This document shows positions 61,101-64,000 of a stretch of 64,000 nucleotides of DNA, piece by piece. The notes under the pieces are model-generated. The model was not told where the DNA came from, did no database searches, and saw nothing but the letters and a program-made list of their open reading frames with translations. Within the stretch, counting starts at the first letter, position 1, and every line of letters begins with the position of its first letter. Source of the DNA: Tubiluchus corallicola (taxonomy: Eukaryota > Animalia > Priapulida); contig JAQGDQ010001044.1 in assembly GCA_030141605.1 (NCBI GenBank), forward strand, positions 1 through 64,000, in the 5' to 3' direction. The position numbers and the translations under genes are program-made.

Positions 61101-62239
61101 GTAGGTACCGATCTGTATTTCAAGACTCAAAACAACCTAAACTTTGATACTTATAAAATCCCGGACCTGGAAGAAACAGTTTTATAACATCATAAAGGAG
61201 TAAATGTTTAAAGGTCGTCGAAGGACGAAGAAACATGTAAACAAGGTGCCCGTGTCTGGCTGAAGAACGTAGCCATGGTAAAACAGATACTGAAAATTCA
61301 TTTAGCCACAAGGTGTTACATCATGAACGTAGATTTAATGAGATGTCAGTACTTCACAGGTAATGTCGAAACAAAGTACAGTGTCTTGATAGAACCAAGG
61401 AAATAATGAGCTGCCCCCCCCCCCCGTATGACATCCAAAAAATGCACTAATATTTGGATAATATCCTGTATCAGGATTAAACAGTTTGCAAAGGAAAAAT
61501 AAGGACCATTAAACAGTTAAAGAATATGGTACTTGAAATAGCACAAAAAATTCAACTTGCTGTCCTAGTCTAGAGGACTAAAAGTCTTGTTACATGTATT
61601 TGCCAGGTAAAGAGGACTAAAACTAAACAATCTTAGTGAATCATCTCATCAGCTTGGCTGACCTTAGCAGTAACCGTTTTCCTCGGAAGAACAGACAAAC
61701 AAACAAACATTTTTCGGGAAAAAGAGTCAAAGAAAGAAAAAATTTTCAGAACCTGGAAATTGTATTGTCATCGGGACAGATAATGAAAATCCGGGAACCT
61801 GTATATTTGATACACAGCAGAATTTACCATCATTTTAGGTTTCTGTGTAGCTTAACTGTAACCATCCTGAACCTAACCATAACCAGTTGTCAGATACAGT
61901 AGAATTTACCATCATTTTAGGTTACTGTGTAGCTTAACTGTAACCATCCTGAACCTAACCATAACCAGTTGTCAGATACAGTAGAATTTACCATCATTTT
62001 AGGTTTCTGTGTAGCTTAACTGTAACCATCCTGAACCTAACCATAACCAGTTGTCAGATACAGTAGAATTTACCATCATTTTAGGTTACTGTGTAGCTTA
62101 ACATAACCATCCTGAACCTAACCTAACCAGTTATCAATCACTAGAATTTACCATCATTTTAGGTTACTGTGTAGCTTAACCGTAACCATCCTGAACCTAA
62201 CCGTAACCAGTTAGTACAGTGAACTATCATGCAACTTAC

Positions 62240-62485
62240 AATTTACTTCATCGGAGCCGTCGCTGCAGTCCTCTTGAGCGTCGCACACCCACGACATGTG
62301 AATGCAGTCGCCGTTTTTGCAGGAAAATTCCCGGCTGCTGCAGCGGGACGGCGTCGCATCCGTGGGACAGTTCTCCTCGTCCGAGCCGTCCTTGCAGTCC
62401 ACGTCACCGTCGCAACGCCACTCCTTCAGGATGCACTGGTTGTGCTCCGTACACATCCAATCCGTCTCCGCGCATTCGCCTTCAT
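62240..62485 (-). CDS. LA repeats 5-6, inverted second copy
   Basis: Reverse complement of 47642-47887; protein-identical, splice sites intact. Confidence 0.9.
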
Positions 62486-64000
62486 CTGTATACAAATGAT
62501 AGATGCATTAAATATTCTAGTGAAAATTGTAATAAACTTACATTTGATTAAATTGAATTATTTACGATGTATTAAAGTTAATAGTGAGTATCCATGACTG
62601 TTGTAATTACGTTATATGGAATTATCACCATTAGCATCAATTCATTATCACTGTCATCACCATCACCACTGTCATCAGCATTAATATCACCATCGTTGTC
62701 GTCACTATCATCAACATCATCATTATCATTTTTTCGCATCTGTTTGCTTCTCTTCATTCAATGTATTTTTTTAGTTGTTGTTTATATGATTAGTTTAGTC
62801 TTATCCATGTTGAGCATAACTCATAAGTTAATTTCTTCTGCTGCGCTCATAGCACTGCAATGCATTGTTAATTTGTAATTGTATAACTTTCATTTTTGTA
62901 TCTGCTAAATGGATGAATAAATAAATCTAAATCTAACTGAGAAGAGAGTTCATGGCCGAGTGGGTAAGCGGGTGAATTTGCGTGAATGGCTCACGACTGT
63001 CCAGGTTCGATACTTGCTCTCGGAGATTCCATTTGCCCTAATAATCGCGGCCGTGTACCTCGTTAACAGAGGAGGCATATGAAAGTTGTTAGGGCACTTT
63101 TATTGATTTAATGGCGCATATTAGAGAAATGAGCTCGATGACACGTAGATTCCAGTCATGCCACAAGAACATAGAGTTCAGTTGGTCATGCTGTTGGATA
63201 CTGAAGTGTACCGGGCGGCACATAAAAAACTGGTCAGCGGATGAAATGGACATTATAATCTCAAGAATACAGTTTTGGAAAATACGAAACAAAAACATGG
63301 CAGTGCCGTAATGAACAAACTTCTGCTTTCATAGAATGGTGGAAATCAGGACGAACTTTACCCACAATGCACCACGAGGAAAACTAGGCTAAGTGCAAGC
63401 AAAATAAAGCAAGCTTAGTTCAAATAAGGCATCGAGTGTACCTGTACCAGACAAATGCATGCGAAGTTTACAAGTTAAACAGCAAGAGGGCGCTGTGTTT
63501 TTCCAAAAAAAAACCGACTGCAATAATCAACCTATTGTCATATAACTAACTAATTAGTGTTTAATTACCTGTGGCGGGGGTAATTAGCACAATTATCTTA
63601 CAGGTAGTCAATTTTTATTTTTAAGCTTTCGTATTGATACTGTATTGAAGCTGTATACAACGCCGCCTGTATTTATAACTATGACACAGAAATCTTGGCA
63701 CACTGCCAACAACAATCAATCATATTATTACTCCAGCAATAACTCATTAATCATCCGTTAATGTAAGCAATGACGCGAAAGACAACACCTGTCGTATCAG
63801 CAGCTGCCAATGATTACAGGTAGACAATAGCATCTCCCCCCCACATCTCTCTAGGACATTCTACACCTATTTTTGACCGCGTCTCAGGTCATTGGCGTGG
63901 AGATATTTTATAATCTCGGGTCCGTCGACATGTTTTTATGGTTTTTATGGTGGATGGCCATTATTAAACTTTTAATAAACCTGTTTCATGACTATATCTG

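Overview
Animal (probably invertebrate bilaterian) nuclear DNA with AT-rich, repeat-laden introns and GC/CpG-rich exons; there are no prokaryotic features. 514-14571 (+) holds the last 13 coding exons of a glycine decarboxylase (GLDC, glycine cleavage P-protein) gene; every junction is GT-AG and phase-compatible. 19160-52829 (+) holds the 5' part of an LDL-receptor-family gene (VLDLR/lipophorin-receptor type): signal peptide, 8 LA repeats, EGF-A. That gene is interrupted by a fold-back inverted duplication, with arms at >=46129-53812 and 56319-64000 and a 2.5-kb spacer. The next exons (EGF-B, first YWTD blade) therefore lie on the minus strand, downstream of a second copy of LA5-8/EGF-A. The most striking pattern is tandem arrays whose unit straddles an exon-intron junction: 20 donor copies, 16 acceptor copies, 11 acceptor copies, and several 2-copy precursors. 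The two arms give a side-by-side comparison in which an 11-copy splice-acceptor array takes the place of ~330 bp of unique intron, while intron length stays almost the same (491 vs 495 bp). Also present: many MITEs (hAT, Tc1/pogo, Harbinger, Kolobok-like), a Helitron-like element, SINE/LINE fragments, 5S-rRNA-derived repeats, CTCF-like motifs and microsatellites. Coordinates were read by eye and family names come from recall, not from database searches.
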